NCBI GenBank assembly: GCA_973895155.1
Contig: OZ316897.1
Location: 2,495,416 to 2,559,415, forward strand
Source of the DNA: Marsupella aquatica
Lineage: Eukaryota > Plantae > Marchantiophyta
Length of the DNA: 64,000 nt
Reading direction: 5' to 3'
Shown: in pieces, positions 1 to 14,076 of the stretch
Numbering within the stretch: the first letter of the stretch is position 1
Layout: the number at the start of each line of letters is the position of its first letter
Notes under the pieces: generated by a model
Database searches by the model: none
The model's input: the letters and a program-made list of their open reading frames with translations, nothing else
What the model was told of the DNA's origin: nothing
Made by a program: the position numbers and the translations under genes

Positions 1-3000
1 TTAGCTTGAGAGTAGTGTACAGCTTAAAATTTGGAGCTCAGGAAACACCGAGGGGCCTCATTAACTTTCAAGTCGAATACCTTTGCGAGCGATGTGGACA
101 AGAACAGAATCAATTCCTGCAGCCCCCGAGAAAACTCGCTCTATTCCAACAGCAGTCTAAAGGCCTCCTCTCCCGAAAGGTTATTGTACCTCGTCTGAGA
201 GACTCGCCAAACAAACAACGCACTGAAAGTCGTTAGGGCACCAGCGACTTCAACATAGAAGGTTATCATTCTGGAGCTTTCCGTCTTCAGGTACGGATAT
301 TATTAAGAACGCTACAGCAAGAAAACCTCAGTCGAAACTATTGTTATCAGCGGTACGTTTACTAGGGCCAGGACCCACAGCGGTTGCGGTGTGTGTGCAC
401 TTTTGAGGTGATTTAGATCGTCGAACCTGGCCTGGTCTGAAATGACATGCTGGTGTTCCGAGCAATGTCAGTATCGTGATGATGAGGACAATATCACCTC
501 CCATGCTATTGGGCAGAGGCGCGCAAGACTGACATCGCCATTTTACTTTACAGTTGGATAATCTCTGTTCAACGGACATCGTATAGCATGAGATCATTTC
601 ATTTCATTTCATTTCATATCTTTGCTTGGTGGGTGGGACCTCAGCGCATGATTCGCCGGGGTGCTCCTGTGGGCCCCATGCTCTGTCGCTTCGGAGTGGT
701 TACGATTACAGACAAAATAACCAGACTCGGGGTGTACAGGGTTTTTCTTTCGAAATCTACTGTACACGGGGGAGACGCACAGACGCATTATTTGTCGTGT
801 TTTGCCGTTGTTAATGCTTCCATCATGATTGTGTCCACTCACACAAGCTGACGGAATGACGGATGGTAGGAGCATATCCCACCAGGATAATTTAAGGTTT
901 ATTCTATTGCAGCGAAGGTGGCGAACTCGATGATTGGAAATAACCTCTTGTAGCTATTCTATCTACTTCTTGAGTTATAATAAATATTTGTCCCTTTAAC
1001 TTATTTGTTTGACGAACAAAAACGACTTACTCTAGCGGTTTCATCTGATTGATCAACAAATTTGCTAACAAGTAGGACGGTGCACAATAGTCACACAAAA
1101 AGATGCATGTAGCTGGATTTCTTAGATCCACGGGATGAGATAGAATATTGAAAATTAACGGTGAGGGTGTGCACTTTCAGCCGACGGTTCCTTAATTAAG
1201 TCCATTGTTCTTTTTGGGGGTTTCATGATGTTATTCCTGTGCTACTAGGTGCATCAGCATCCTAAAATGCATCAGAATAGTTTTCTAGCCATAATTTTGT
1301 CATTTCATGCTGATTGAGCTTCAGGTTTTTTCACATTGCTACTTACCTTGGGGATTTATTTACTACATAAATTTGAAGAAAAATGGATTTCCCAAAACTT
1401 TCCAATCGAGATTCAAGGGAGTGCGTTGTTAAAGAAAAAGAAGATAGTGAGGTTGCAAGTTTACTTAGGTTTAATAAATATTATGTATAATTTTCTCATT
1501 CAACCTCTAACAATGACCCTTGAACACAAAATGTGATCAATGCCATTATTTTTTCCCATATTTTTTAGACCAAGCCCCTTTCCCTTTAAGCTAGAGTGTG
1601 AACTCATCTTGGTGATTCATTGTGGGAATGTTGGCTTTGAAGTGTCACCCCATGACATCGGGCTCAAAGTAATAAGGTACAAATACGAGGTCTACTCTAT
1701 TTACATCTTTGGCAACATGAGTATATTGCTTGAGCCAGGTGTGAAAAATTGTTAGGAATAAATCTAGACTGAACAAGACAAAATAAACATATGTGAATAA
1801 CATGCATAGATTTTAACACTGAAGGTACATGGTTTGCCCAGTTTGGACTACAGCCATGAGACAAATACAATAATACTCAACAAGATTACATTGGTCTTAT
1901 AGCCAACATGCTAGAGCTCTGCCCACCTCTTCACTTTTAATTTCTCCTAGAGAGTAACATTCAAATGTGAACACAAGTTTTTTGTTGCCCTTGAATATAC
2001 CACCTTCAAATCGTTTATGTGAACTTGAAACTCAAACAAATATTATCCTAGTTCACTGAAGTCTAACTAGTACTATGTAAATAAACAAGTTATACTAGAT
2101 ACATAAACTAACAACGCTGAACTCAAAGTAACTATGTGAAAGAACATATACATGTATTACTCATAAGCATCAAAGAAGGGTCCATCAACCAAAATTTCCC
2201 CTTGAAGGATAAAACTTTAATGATTATTGTCGGTCTGTGTTTTTCCTATTCTGCTGAAACCAATGGTCTCGCCAAGTGGTGTACACTACTATGCCGCAGA
2301 AGTATGGTACAGTTACTCAGCTGCTGTTCTCAATTTCTGATGCAGATCGAGACTGCTCTAGATCTTCGACCGTAATCCTGACTGATTCTTCTCTTCGTCA
2401 AGTTGGGCTCTAGTCCTGCCGAAGCAGACTTCCAACTTCGTACGGTAGTAAGTGCACGGTACAGGCCGTTGTGAAGCAACAGGGACTCGTGGAAGAGATT
2501 GATTTGGTAGTCCCGACATGAGATTGATATGCAGTCGTTCCATCGGCAGAAATCATGGTACAGCGGGATCAGGCTCTGTAGAACTTTCCGTTCTCCTCTA
2601 GATACAGTACTGTCATTACTCTTGCTGAGCTCCAACAGCTCCCGTTAAGGTTCGAGTATGACATCGATATCGTGTAGACCGTGATCGTCCTCTCGCCGGT
2701 TCCAACCATATAGCATATGATGCTGCGGTCTGTGGTCAGGAGCGGAGGTCTGTATACTGTGAATGGATGCATTGAAACTAACTGTCGACATCATTGCTCG
2801 TGATCTGCTTCTTGCCGGTTCCACTGACAAATGATGCTGAAGGACCCTCTCGCTAGCTCTCTCTTGAGTCTGAATTTTGGAGCTAGGTTCTAAATATTGT
2901 GAATGGATACATTGAATTCGCGTGGACATCATTCTGAGGTACCTGATCAATATTGACTTCGTATGCAACGTTAACCCCCAATGGTGATCGAGGGTGACCT

Positions 3001-6000
3001 CTATAACATCCCGCCAGGTTTGTTGGCTTTCATACTGAGTGTACGCAATGCTACTTGAGGTATACCACAGGTATGATATAAACTTGGGGTCCTTTCGAGG
3101 GAAAAAATACAACTTGGGGTCTTAGGAACAGACTTCTCTCAGATACCCTCTTATAACGGACCACACTGAAATCAAGGACCTCAGATATGAGAACACAAAT
3201 TCAGAGTCGTGTCATATCATTTAGGCCGGCAAATTAAGATTTCGTTCACCAGGACTTACACGCCAGTGATTGAGATTAGGTAACCCATGTCATTCGCAAA
3301 ACGCGAGGTGTAGCAGTCTGTCTCACACAGCAGGATGTTTTCCCCTGAATGAAGCGGATCCAAAAATCGAGGGTAATCGCGCTCGGGATGGGGGACGTGG
3401 TGTCGTTCTAGCTGCACAACTTCCCAATTGCCAAAAGGTTCAAGAGCTGGATACCGTCACATCGCGCTACTGTATTTTAGCTTCACTGCAGTCAGATCGA
3501 TCACTACGATAACATCTGGAAATAAATTTTCGTGTCATGGATGTGGCGTGCTAATAATTGAAACCAATAGAAACCTAAAGACAACATTATCACTCGAACG
3601 CTGTTAATATAGTTCAGCAGAGATCTGGTTATTCGTTATACTGTTTCAACCCTGTCGAACCCAGTAATGCATGCGTACAATAACTACTGTATCATCCTCG
3701 GCTTCTGACAAGCTGTGGTCAAATATGGCAACAGAACGTGCTCAGCTCGCCAAACACGATCATTACGACTGTCTTTGCGTCGTTCCCGAGACAGACTAGA
3801 ACGGAAACAGTAATGTTTGCTCCACGTGAAACAAAGAGAGCACGCCGTTTTTCTAACACCTTTTAGCAAACTTCGGAGACGTACCTTTTTCACTCGTACG
3901 CATATTCTGTGACACTCGTACGCTCATTTGCTCTAACTATTGCAGCTGGCATATCATCATTCTACTGGATGTCGTCGATTCCACTGGCAATCTAGTGCTC
4001 GAGCCCTTGTACGCTCAATGGTACAATTCCCGCCCCATGAGGAAATGACTTAGCCAGCCCCCTCTGTGAAGACATTAAGACCCTCAGCTTTCCAATGCGT
4101 GGCCCCACAGCTCAGCTCTAAAAGGACTTAAACTGGCCTTACCAAGGTGCAGTCATAACTCCTCACATTCTTCTTACATGCATAATTACCACTATTAGAT
4201 AGGTTCATAATAGATACGGAGGCAGCCAGTTAACAGTCAGCCAGTATCGAGGAGGAGCCACCATAGCCCTGCACTGCCAGAATTCAGCCTATGATGACAA
4301 ATACAGCCAAGACATTTCCAGGGCACAACACCCGAGACACAACACCCGTTCCTTTCTGAAGATTGCATTGTCACATCCGGTTTCGTTAGTCCAGTGCCTG
4401 ATAGTGCGTCCCTTGTCACATACATATATCGTGAAGCATTGTTGTGGCTATCGCTCTTCTTGAAACACGTTAGATGAACACTTCTGGCATGGCAATAGTT
4501 GCGCATTTTCAAGTGACATGCCGAACTGCAGATTAACGATCCTACTGGCTTCTATGTGTCTCCAGATTTACCTTCTCAAACCTCAGCGTCCTGCTTTAAC
4601 GTCTGTGTTGCGGAACTCGCTTAAGGTAAATTGACAGCAGATAAAGGTATCTGACTCTGCTGATCGCCCATCGACCCCATCATCGACCATAGGTGGCGCT
4701 TAAGGTTTCTAATGTCCAGGTTGGCCACGCACTCGGCCACGCAGGGACTTGATGGTTTGAATTTTGGCTCTTTCTATGGACAATTGGCTTCCTTTATGGC
4801 CAAAAACGAGAAGATTGACAGACGGAGCTGATAGCCTTTCTAGACGCAACGATTTGGGAAGTCTTTCGGGTTGATCAGAATGGCCGAAAAGACTTTGCTA
4901 CGCTAAAGATTGCGGATCGACCTCATGACAACTGATGCGGAAGCTCTTCGAGTACGATGCAACCAGCTGTCCAGGTGTAATTTTCGTATGATCCTTGTCT
5001 TGCGTTCTGTTTTCTATGCTTGGTTATATATTTCTCTGGATCGAGAAAGCACAAACGATATCTCACTACATGTGCAAACATTGATAGCTTTCCGCACCTT
5101 TGTTTGTTTACGGCTTTCATCGACCTTCAATCGTCTTGTTCATGACTGCAGAATCAATGAAAGCAATGATTGCCGAGTAACCTCCGCAGTGCCTTTACAA
5201 TGTAATTGTTCAGAATTTTCAGCGAATGTGGAGATTAGTGACGTGACTCAGGGAGACTTCGTTCTCAACGATTCTCCTGTTTCCTTGCCATCACTTCTTT
5301 CAATGAAGACTGAGGTCCAATCGATCTTGTCTTGAGAGTGTATATCCCGCCCATCTCAGCTCACCTCACTCAAGACCTACTTGTGGTTCCTGGAACGACA
5401 GAACTTGCAGATCGAGAAGAGGAGAGTGTCTGATAGAGTTCATTTTAACTTGCTAATAATGTCAATGGCCAGGTTAAGTCATCTTCTTGGCCTTGTGAGT
5501 GTAGAAACCAGAAATGACTGTAGGATACGAGTTCTCGATTTACATCCGCAACCTGGCAGTCATGATTGACTAGACTACGTGGTGCCATTCATGCATAAAA
5601 TTTCATCTATGAGACACCAGTCTAACTGCTGTAGCAATCGAAACCAATCAGCAGATTTCCGCCACTCGCCGACTGGATGGAAACGTGGATAACTCAGAGA
5701 ACAACGGACCTGAGCTTCTGGTCTGCTGCAAAGGAAAGGTGTATACTTTATCAGGCCAGGGCGCATAAATCAACACGTCCCATATTGTCAATAATTTTAT
5801 TCTTATTCCGCCTCAACTTGCAACGAAAAGGTTCACCGAGAAATCTACTCAACGTGATGCTCCAGAAGTGAGACTGGAGTTTAGGCGTTGGCAGTGCAGA
5901 AATTGGGCAAAGTTTGCATCGACGCTTTTGAGGCAGACAGTGGCAACGTTTGGGAGACATCGTAGTTTGTAAAGGACAATTTTATATGACTCTCGTGTTG

Positions 6001-7864
6001 GAAACAGGAAAACAACGGATCAACATCACCGTGCACAAGTCCAATTTTTATTTTTCTATAAAAAAAGAAGGTTCAACTCTTCAAGATTCTTCCAAGTCGC
6101 CGAAAATTTGGGTTCCATTTCCAAACTTCATTCAATGGCCTACCACTAAAAGTTAAAAGGACATGTGAAGCTAATGGTAGAAGGAGGCCCATGAACTGAT
6201 GAACCTCCATAAAGTAGTTAAACTAGACAATATTAATGAAAGTGCGACAAAAGCTCCATAAAGTGCACAAGACAGAGGCTTGGAAGGTGTAAACTTCCAC
6301 TTTTGCACACGTTGACAGCTGAGATTTCAGCAGCTCGAAATTCTTGTCTAAAAGGTACAGTCTGGGTTGAGCCCGTGAGGTAATCTTTTGTTCACAGTTC
6401 ACACGCTGGATGCATGGAATCTCGAAGGGCTCTGTCATGAGCCACGTCCACTGGTTTCGCAACTTACTGTAGATCGGCACTTGAGAAGTCGGCTTCACAA
6501 TTTGCGGGATTGTCGGGAATTTTTTGGGATGGGAATTCATCAATGTCACGTCGCCATGCAACTATTGTATCGTCAGCGACGTTTTCGGGAGAGAGAACAC
6601 AATATCGCGAGAGAATGTTTGAAGAGGATTCGGACAGCAATGTCATATATGTAAGGCAGAACAAAGGCGAGAGGTGGAGCAGCCCTCTAGCTACAGTGCT
6701 TGACTGGAACAAAGCAGCTTGTTCAGGGACCTGATAGTATGTTTGCATTTGGATTCGGTGAGCATACACGGCGGATTATTGTCGCGAAAATTGCAAATAC
6801 TCAATCGAGAAGAGGGCAGGCGAAGCCCCCTAAATAGCAAGCGACAATCTGCTTAGATGATTTTAAAGGATTCTTCTCCCACAGAGAGTGGTTCATGAAC
6901 GTCCCGTCGATTCGTCACAAACCAACAAGATCCTCGGGTCCTGAGGACAACCTGTTGGATTAGGTACGGGTTGTGCAGAGGAGAGAGTGGTAAATTTTCA
7001 GGTGAGCATTCAGTGCCAGTCCTTAGAGCTCATTAGTACAGTGGTTTACAGCTGATTTTGGCAACCAAACAAGTCAGTAATCCCGGCGAAGTCGTTTGCA
7101 AGAAACCCATCTGCTGTTGAACACAATTAGCCTTGCTTGCTGAAAGAATACCCCTTCTATACGCACCTGTGGTGGCTTACTCAAGTGCACACCTTAACTT
7201 GCTTTGCTGAAACTAGCCAATTCATATATCTCGCTTGACTACTGTTGCCCTTCCATCCTGCCAGAGTCCTCTATTGGCTTCTTGCCATGAAAACCGACAA
7301 GATTTCCCCTCGTATTCTAAGCTTCCCTCCTCTTGCCCGGCTTGAGAGTCCGAATCTATGCTACGTAGATCGCTCCTCCCTGCAGCAACATCAATCTCAA
7401 AATCCAAAGACTCCGAGCCTCAGGATTAGCACTGTCGAATCACAGTGGAAGAAAGTCGGTCGGATGCATACTTGCTGTTTGAGAGTGTTCACAGGTGCAG
7501 TTTCAGTTGAACCCTGTGAAATCGATTTTCTCTCGACCCAAGCTGAAGAAAATCACAGCCTCTCGAAGAAAGGGCTGCCCTGCGCTCCTGCTCTCGCTTG
7601 AAATCGTCCACACCTGTTTTGGTCGCCCCAACAACTTGTCCAAAAGCAGCTGCAGTCAGTATGAACGCACACTATACTTGCCACGTTGTTCGGAACGGGA
7701 AACCATTTTAGCGCAGGTTCTGGTGTCTCAGGAAACGTGCGTTTATGGGAAAAGAAATCTGGGCGTGAACCCGGCCTTAGGAGCATTTGCCTCGGCCCAC
7801 AGACTTGCTACACTGGAAGAAGCAAGAGTTCCCCAAAGAAATTTTATTTCCACTGTGAACTCCG

Positions 7865-10358
7865 TCAAAAAAACGGCAGCTGTTTGGCAATTGTGGCGAC
7901 ATCTGAGCCAGATTCTGATGGCTTTCTTTCTTCATCTGGATCGTCTGATTCTTTGGCACTCTCCGATTCCACAAGCAAATTCCGATGGAGCTGCTGGTTC
8001 CCCCATGCGAGAAACTTCAAGCTGGACTCAACCTCGGTAACAGGCGGCGGCTTGTGAGATGGCCGAGGCAAGAAAAGGCTCGTAGTCCCTGTCGGCGGGT
8101 AGTTGTGGCCGAATATGGGTCTCAACTCCCTCAAGGTGTCGAGGACTTCTTTGATGGAGGGCCTTGCGTCAGGATCCATGCGCACGCACTGCAATGCTAA
8201 GAGGGCCACTTTCTTCCACTGCTTGAGGTCAAGTGGAGCCCCCGTCTGAATCAAATATGGCTCGAACAACTCGCTCAACCGATGGGTCTTCACTCTGGAG
8301 ATGGCGAGTGCAGCAAGCGTGAGCTTGTTTCTGGGCCGGCGGGGCTCCACCACCTGCATCCCGGATACGAGCTCGAGCAGGATCACCCCAAAACTGTACA
8401 CATCGCTCTTCATTGTGAGGTCGTAGTTCACAAGATAATAAGGATCCACATACCCTGGCGTGCCCACAGCGAGAGCGCTGAAGTTGCTAGAGTCGGTCGG
8501 TAAGCTCCTCGAGATGCCGAAACCAGCAAGTTTGGCAGAGAAGTACTCATCCAGGAGTACATGGGTTGATTTGACATCTCTATGAATGCTATGTAGAGTG
8601 CCATGAAGATGTGTGAGGGCCTGGGCTATTTCAATCGCTATTTTCATTCGAGTTCCCCAGTTGAGCTTCAATCCTCGTAACCCATCCAAGTGTTCCCTCA
8701 GGTTGCCGTTGGGGAGAAACTCATAAACTAGAACGGGGTCTTGAAAACCCAATGACCAGCCGATGAGCCTCAACACATGGGGGTGTCTGAATTGAGAGAT
8801 GATACCCACTTCCGCGTTGATAATGGAAAGCAACTCTCGGCTCACAAGCCTGAGTCTCTTGACGGCCACTGGACGGGAGAAATCTGGTAAATTGCCTCTG
8901 TATACGGTACCAAAGCCGCCTTCTCCAATCACGTTCGTGGCTGAGTAGAATCCGGTCGCTTTAGCCAGCTCCCGTTGAGAAAATCGAATTGCAGCCGTGG
9001 TTTGCCTCCAGTATCCTCTATACTCGTTTCGAAACCACGCCAAGTAGCATTCCACCTCTGCAACATTCCCCCCACCACACGGAGAGCACACCCCTCAAAT
9101 CTTACGAGAATGTAACTTTACTTTGGGGATCTTCAATTTGGAATCACTGTGTTTCTGTGCTTTAGTTTGGTATGGTGAGTAATGATCAATGTCGGAGATT
9201 CATTCCCTCAGTATCTTTTGGCAAACAAAATCAGGTGGACAAATCTTTAAACCAGTCTTGGTCACGATGTTTGAGCAGCTTTCTATGGGTCACTCCCCGT
9301 CTGAGCTAATCTCTTAGTCATGTGTCTTAGGAGGATCCCTATTGGACCTAAGGATGACCTTTCAACTTATTTTGTTATCTTGGCACCCTTTGTTGTCTAC
9401 GATATGTTCCTTCTCGGGCCAGTTGTGTCAAAGAACACCTCCCGGAGATTGAATTCCAGTCATTGGTCGACCACCTTCCATAGACCTACGGCACCTACTT
9501 CCAAACTAAGTATTCTGTAAAGGATTAGTTCTGCTGCTGGTGCTTCTAGTGGGATGATCACCTTCTGCTCAGGTATGTTGCAATTAAAGAAACGACAGAG
9601 GGCGGTTTTCAGTCTCCATTTAAAGTTTCACTTGCTCTCTGCAAAACTGCTAAAGCATGCAGATTGCAGGCCCAATTGGGTCAGATAGACTACAATTAGC
9701 TGCAGTAATGCAGCCGACCATGCAAGGTTCTTAGCAACTGAGGGATGCAGATTTGGTATCAGTACGGCCCCAGGAGCTCAGAAATAGTTCCTCAGAGAAT
9801 GACTCTCATTCTTTTGTGCAAGCTGCTGAGCCAGGGTATTAATGTTGAGATGACTGGCGATTTCTAGCAGTGCAATTCCAGCTTCAGGAACAAGAATACA
9901 AAGAGCCTGAGTAATAAGTTTAGGTTTATAGTTATGGCGAGTCGTGAACGAGAAGGCAGAATCAAGATACAGAAGGATATCAATGTGAAACAGTAGAGAT
10001 TACCTTGAGCGACCTGCAGATCGCTGGTGATGGTCCGTTGAAAGTATCTGCGAACGAAATCTTCCCAGGTGTGCCCCGCAGAGAATTGGCGTGCCCATGA
10101 GTAGTCGCAGTGTTGCATGTACTCCGAGGCAATCAACAAGGCGAGGTCGTCTGATAAGCCTTCCTGAGCGGCCCACCGACCAAAGCATTTAATCCAAGCA
10201 TCATTGACATCCTTAGATTCATTTCCCTGAGGTACGGGGACGAGAATCCTCGTCAGATGATCGGATTCCCTGGGACAATCGCTCAGCAGTATGTCAAGCC
10301 TCTCTCTCACGGTATCATCTATGTAGAACCGGGCTTGCTTGGGAGCGCTATGAGCCAT
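7865..10358 (-). CDS. Gag-capsid-like domain / RLK-Pelle pseudokinase fusion gene 1 (exons 10358-10004 and 9057-7865)
   Basis: Exon 1 encodes a Gag-like segment (VPVPQGNE..AW..F..WA..GLSDD..L..W....TWEDFVRRYFQR) and ends at the phase-1 donor CAAG|GTAATC. The phase-1 acceptor TTGCAG|AG at 9058/9057 joins it in frame to a WAK/LRK10L-like kinase (FSQREL, GEGGFG, VAVK, HRDVKSTH, KLAGFG, GTPGYVDP, KSDVYSFG). The DFG Asp is replaced by Gly. Confidence 0.8.
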
Positions 10359-11787
10359 GTTGCTGACCCAGGCTATCTGCTGACGTCAAGTACCATACAA
10401 CCTTGATGCATGACTGGTTGAAGTGGATTCCTCCACGCATGACAGTTCTCGATTGTCGACACTAGTCAATTGGGGAGAACCAACCATGGGAGGCAGTCTT
10501 AATTGTATAACACAAACGAGTCCCCGGGACTTGCAGCCTGTGCTGCCGAGTTGAATTGAACATCCAGAATGCTTATGCCGAACAACCATCATCACAAGAA
10601 GGGTGTCATCACTGTGATCGAAGTTGAGGCATTTAACAGCCTGACGTAAGAGGGTCCTTCTGTGCGAATCTCAGTCTCACGAAGTTCTCCTCCGATTAGC
10701 TGAAAATATATGTGAAGTCCGCATCCAATGTTTTGATCTGGTGATCATCATGATGGTGAGAGCGATCCCATGAATCGCTCTTATAGATGTACAGTAAGTC
10801 CCAACCTCCGGTGTAGGCGTTTCTATCTGTTGGATACGCTGAGTATAACTTAATGATCGAGTGGCTAGGTTTGTTATTCGGACGACGATCTATGAACAAG
10901 GATTTACGTCTGCATTCTGTTGGTGAAGTTCATAAAACCTTCCAGACAGGTTTGTACCTTAGCGGATGATCCTCACTAACTCAAACCTGTAGTTTTCCAA
11001 GCATCTGCTGAATTACAGGATTCGGCAGCAATCTCTGAAATCCATGGAAATAACTGGTGTTTCAATTATAATAACCAGCGAGAAGTCTAGCGGTGAGCTT
11101 GATGGGATTCCTGTGGACAACATCAACTCTTCATCTTCATAGAAGCAAGCTAGCTAGGTGAGCCCGCATCCAGTCGCCATGGCCACGCACCTTTAGCTCG
11201 GTTCAAGTACGATTTGAGAGTTCCTGGACAGCCTCCAAGAATTTAGTGAAGTCGACGACGGTTAAATTCACTTTCCATCATTGCCCAAAACTTCTGTATC
11301 CAAGAAATATTTCTCACAAACAACTTACTTCTATGATACGACGAAACGAGGCTCTTGCATTGCATGCATGCAAGAGACTGGTTTCCAAGGATGTTGAGCA
11401 TTTTGCTGCCAAAGTAGAAAGGGTTAGAGCAGGCATCTGGGCTCTCGAAAAGTGCATACTCAGAGCAATTGGGATCCTTCTGAAATATGGTTTTATTTGG
11501 CTGCTGGCCGTCCATATTGCAGACGAGCATGTCGATCCTTTGCCTGATCTTGTATCGATCAGCTTCGAGGGTATGTAATAAGTCGACGTCAATAATACAT
11601 GCAAGGGGATGGCCAGTGCATTATTTCACGAGTCTTGAATATATGAAGACGTGGTGCCTCTGAATTGCAAACGTGACGTCTTTCCACATTTACATTGCAA
11701 GATTGATTCAAGGACTCCTTCAGCTCCCGCAGAATTGGCACCGGCTGGCAGGTTGGCAACCACAGATGCATGGAAAGATCAGTTAAA

Positions 11788-14076
11788 TTAGTCTGGATCC
11801 CTTGGACTGATGATGGGACTCGGGTGCTCCCATTCCCAACCCAAGCGTCCTCTCTGATCTCCGACGAGATTCGTGTCTACCATCCACCTCCGGCGAGATC
11901 CAGATTCTCGGAAATTCTGCAGATAATCCGCCACTTCAGCAATGGAGGGTCTCCTTTCCAGATCGAAATCACAGCACCACACCGCCACATGCAGCATCCT
12001 TTCCAGAATCCCTGCACCGTAGATTTCTTCCGCTTTACCCGGAGGAATCGTATTGCCTGCACCGATGATCGAGTAAGGATGTGCTCCCCTCGTCCTGGAG
12101 ATGACCAGATCCACCAGGCACCTCTGCGATCTGGATGAATCCCACACCTTCATGAGCGTTACAAGCTCCATGAGCACCACGCCATAGCTGTACACATCCG
12201 TTTTATCATGGAGTATTCCAGTGTGCTTATAGACGGGGTCTACATACCCTTGACGATCGGCCAGAGGGCCGATCCTCTTGTCAGACTCGCTCTTGATCGC
12301 AACAGCCAAGCCCAAATCGTTGAGCTTAGCTCGCCAAGTCTCAGAGTAGACCAGAATGTTAGTAGATCTCACATCCCTGTGGAAGATTGGCCATCTCCCG
12401 TTGTAGTGGAGTTGAACCAGAGCGTTGGCCACATCAATGGCGACAGATAGACGAAATCTGGGATTGCTCTGGAGTTGATCGCCGTAGAGTCCCTCAATAT
12501 GGTGACGAAGATTGCCACCGATGAATTCCGAAACGAGGAGCGGGTTTCTCGCATTGCTGCAAAATCCTATCAAGCTGACGACGTCTGAATGGGTCGATTT
12601 CGTGATTTCTCGGCGGAGGCATACTTCGTCGAGGACCTTCTCCAGGTTCTCATTTTTCCTGACTCTGCGGGCCTTCACGGCGACTCTGTCGCTGCGACCT
12701 GAGAGTCGGGCCTCGTAGACGACACCCACAGAGCCTTCGCCCACCCGATTGCGGCCCGAGAACCCGTCTGTGGCTCGCTCCAACTCGCCGTATGAAAACC
12801 AAACCTTGGAAATATTCTTGGCGCAATCGTTATACCATTGCTCGAATTCTCCAGCTGCATTGCAACCGACATGGGTGGCACAATCTTCAGAACATGTCGG
12901 CAATCAGATATCTATTCACATGTACGATTCTTGATTTTAGTGAACAGGTCAATCATTCAGACTCTTGACCGATAAGAGTAATAATGTGTTTTCAACCCAT
13001 AACCAACTCATCCATCTCTAGCGGATGGAGACAAAGAGGAAGGTCAAACAACTCGTTGGAGAGGACAGACCCCGGCCGGCGATGGATTGGTGGATTGAAA
13101 TTTGATAATGAAGCTCTGGTCACACTTGTCCAGCGAAGAACGGCAGATCGCACCCTTGACCTTATGGACGGTTAATTCTGAGAAATTCTGGACATTCAGT
13201 TTTTCAAATCAATGCCTCTCCTGGCTGCTAATCCAATTATCCGAAATGAGAACCTGTTGCTGTGGAAGAAATTTGGACGAGCAATTGATGGTGGGAACCA
13301 AATGAAATTAATGGGAATCAGTGCAGGCATGCTCTGAATTCTGGAATGGATTCCGATTTTCATCATCCATGTCCAACTAAAGAAAACCTGGCTTGACCTC
13401 AAAATTCCTACACTGGTTTAATGTATCTTGTTGTAGAATTATGACTCGTGGTTCGGATGGTCCCAATGGCAATTCTCGTTACAAAGACAGACAAGGGTTT
13501 CATCAGATTGATTTGCCATTCCACCATCGGACTCACCAAAACTAAAGCAGATTGAAGGATAGGCTTGGGAAGCTTCAACTTCGAATTACTGAAGGGAAGG
13601 AGATCCATGCAAACGTTGGCGAGCTTCAGAAATTGGACCAACAACCGCACAATCGATGCATGTTCTGAATACTAAGGAACGGAAGGTCTGAAGAAAAGAA
13701 TTGTCATGCGCATAGCCTGATCAGAGCAGGGCAAAGAGCTACCGGATGGCAACCCGCCACATCCTGGAGGAATGTGGTGCCTCTGATAATAGTACTCGAC
13801 GTAGTCCTTCCACGTCTTGCAATCCATTTCAAGCGATGGCAAATTGAACGCCTTCTTGGTATACTCCTGGAGAAGTTGTTTCGTAAGATCATGGGAAAAG
13901 CCCATCTGTATCGCCCACAAACTCCAGAGTGTGAGGAATCTGACTGCAGCTTTCGGATCTTCGCATCCGGTATACTGAGGAATCACGATGTCACCCTTCT
14001 CCGCCCTCGGGATCAGAGGTAGCCCTGATATTGGCATGTCCCTCCGGACTGACTCGCTCAGCGCATAACGCGTCAT
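11788..14076 (-). CDS. Gag-capsid-like domain / RLK-Pelle kinase fusion gene 2 (exons ~14076-13743 and 12854-11788)
   Basis: Exon 1 (IVIPQYTGCED...W..WA..GFSHD...TWKDYVEYYYQR) ends at the weak phase-1 donor TCCG|GTAGCT. The phase-1 acceptor ATGCAG|CT is at 12855/12854. The kinase has GEGSVG, VAVK, HRDVRSTN, DLG, GYVDP and KTDVYSYG, so the catalytic Lys and both Asp residues are retained. Confidence 0.75.

Noticed and set aside
2330-3112. Minus-strand ORFs of 155 and 101 aa with faint kinase-like phrases (RELARGSFSII; WGLTLHTK...IHSQ)
   Set aside because: The motifs are out of order, lie in different frames and include no HRD or DFG, so they cannot be distinguished from chance.
5620-6655. Possible plus-strand micro-exons with GT/AG borders (~5635-5748, ~6577-6650)
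   Set aside because: No recognisable protein and no coherent gene model could be built.
7495-8503. Plus-strand ORFs up to 181 aa
   Set aside because: They are antisense shadows of the kinase 1 C-terminus and 3' region, with no recognisable domain.
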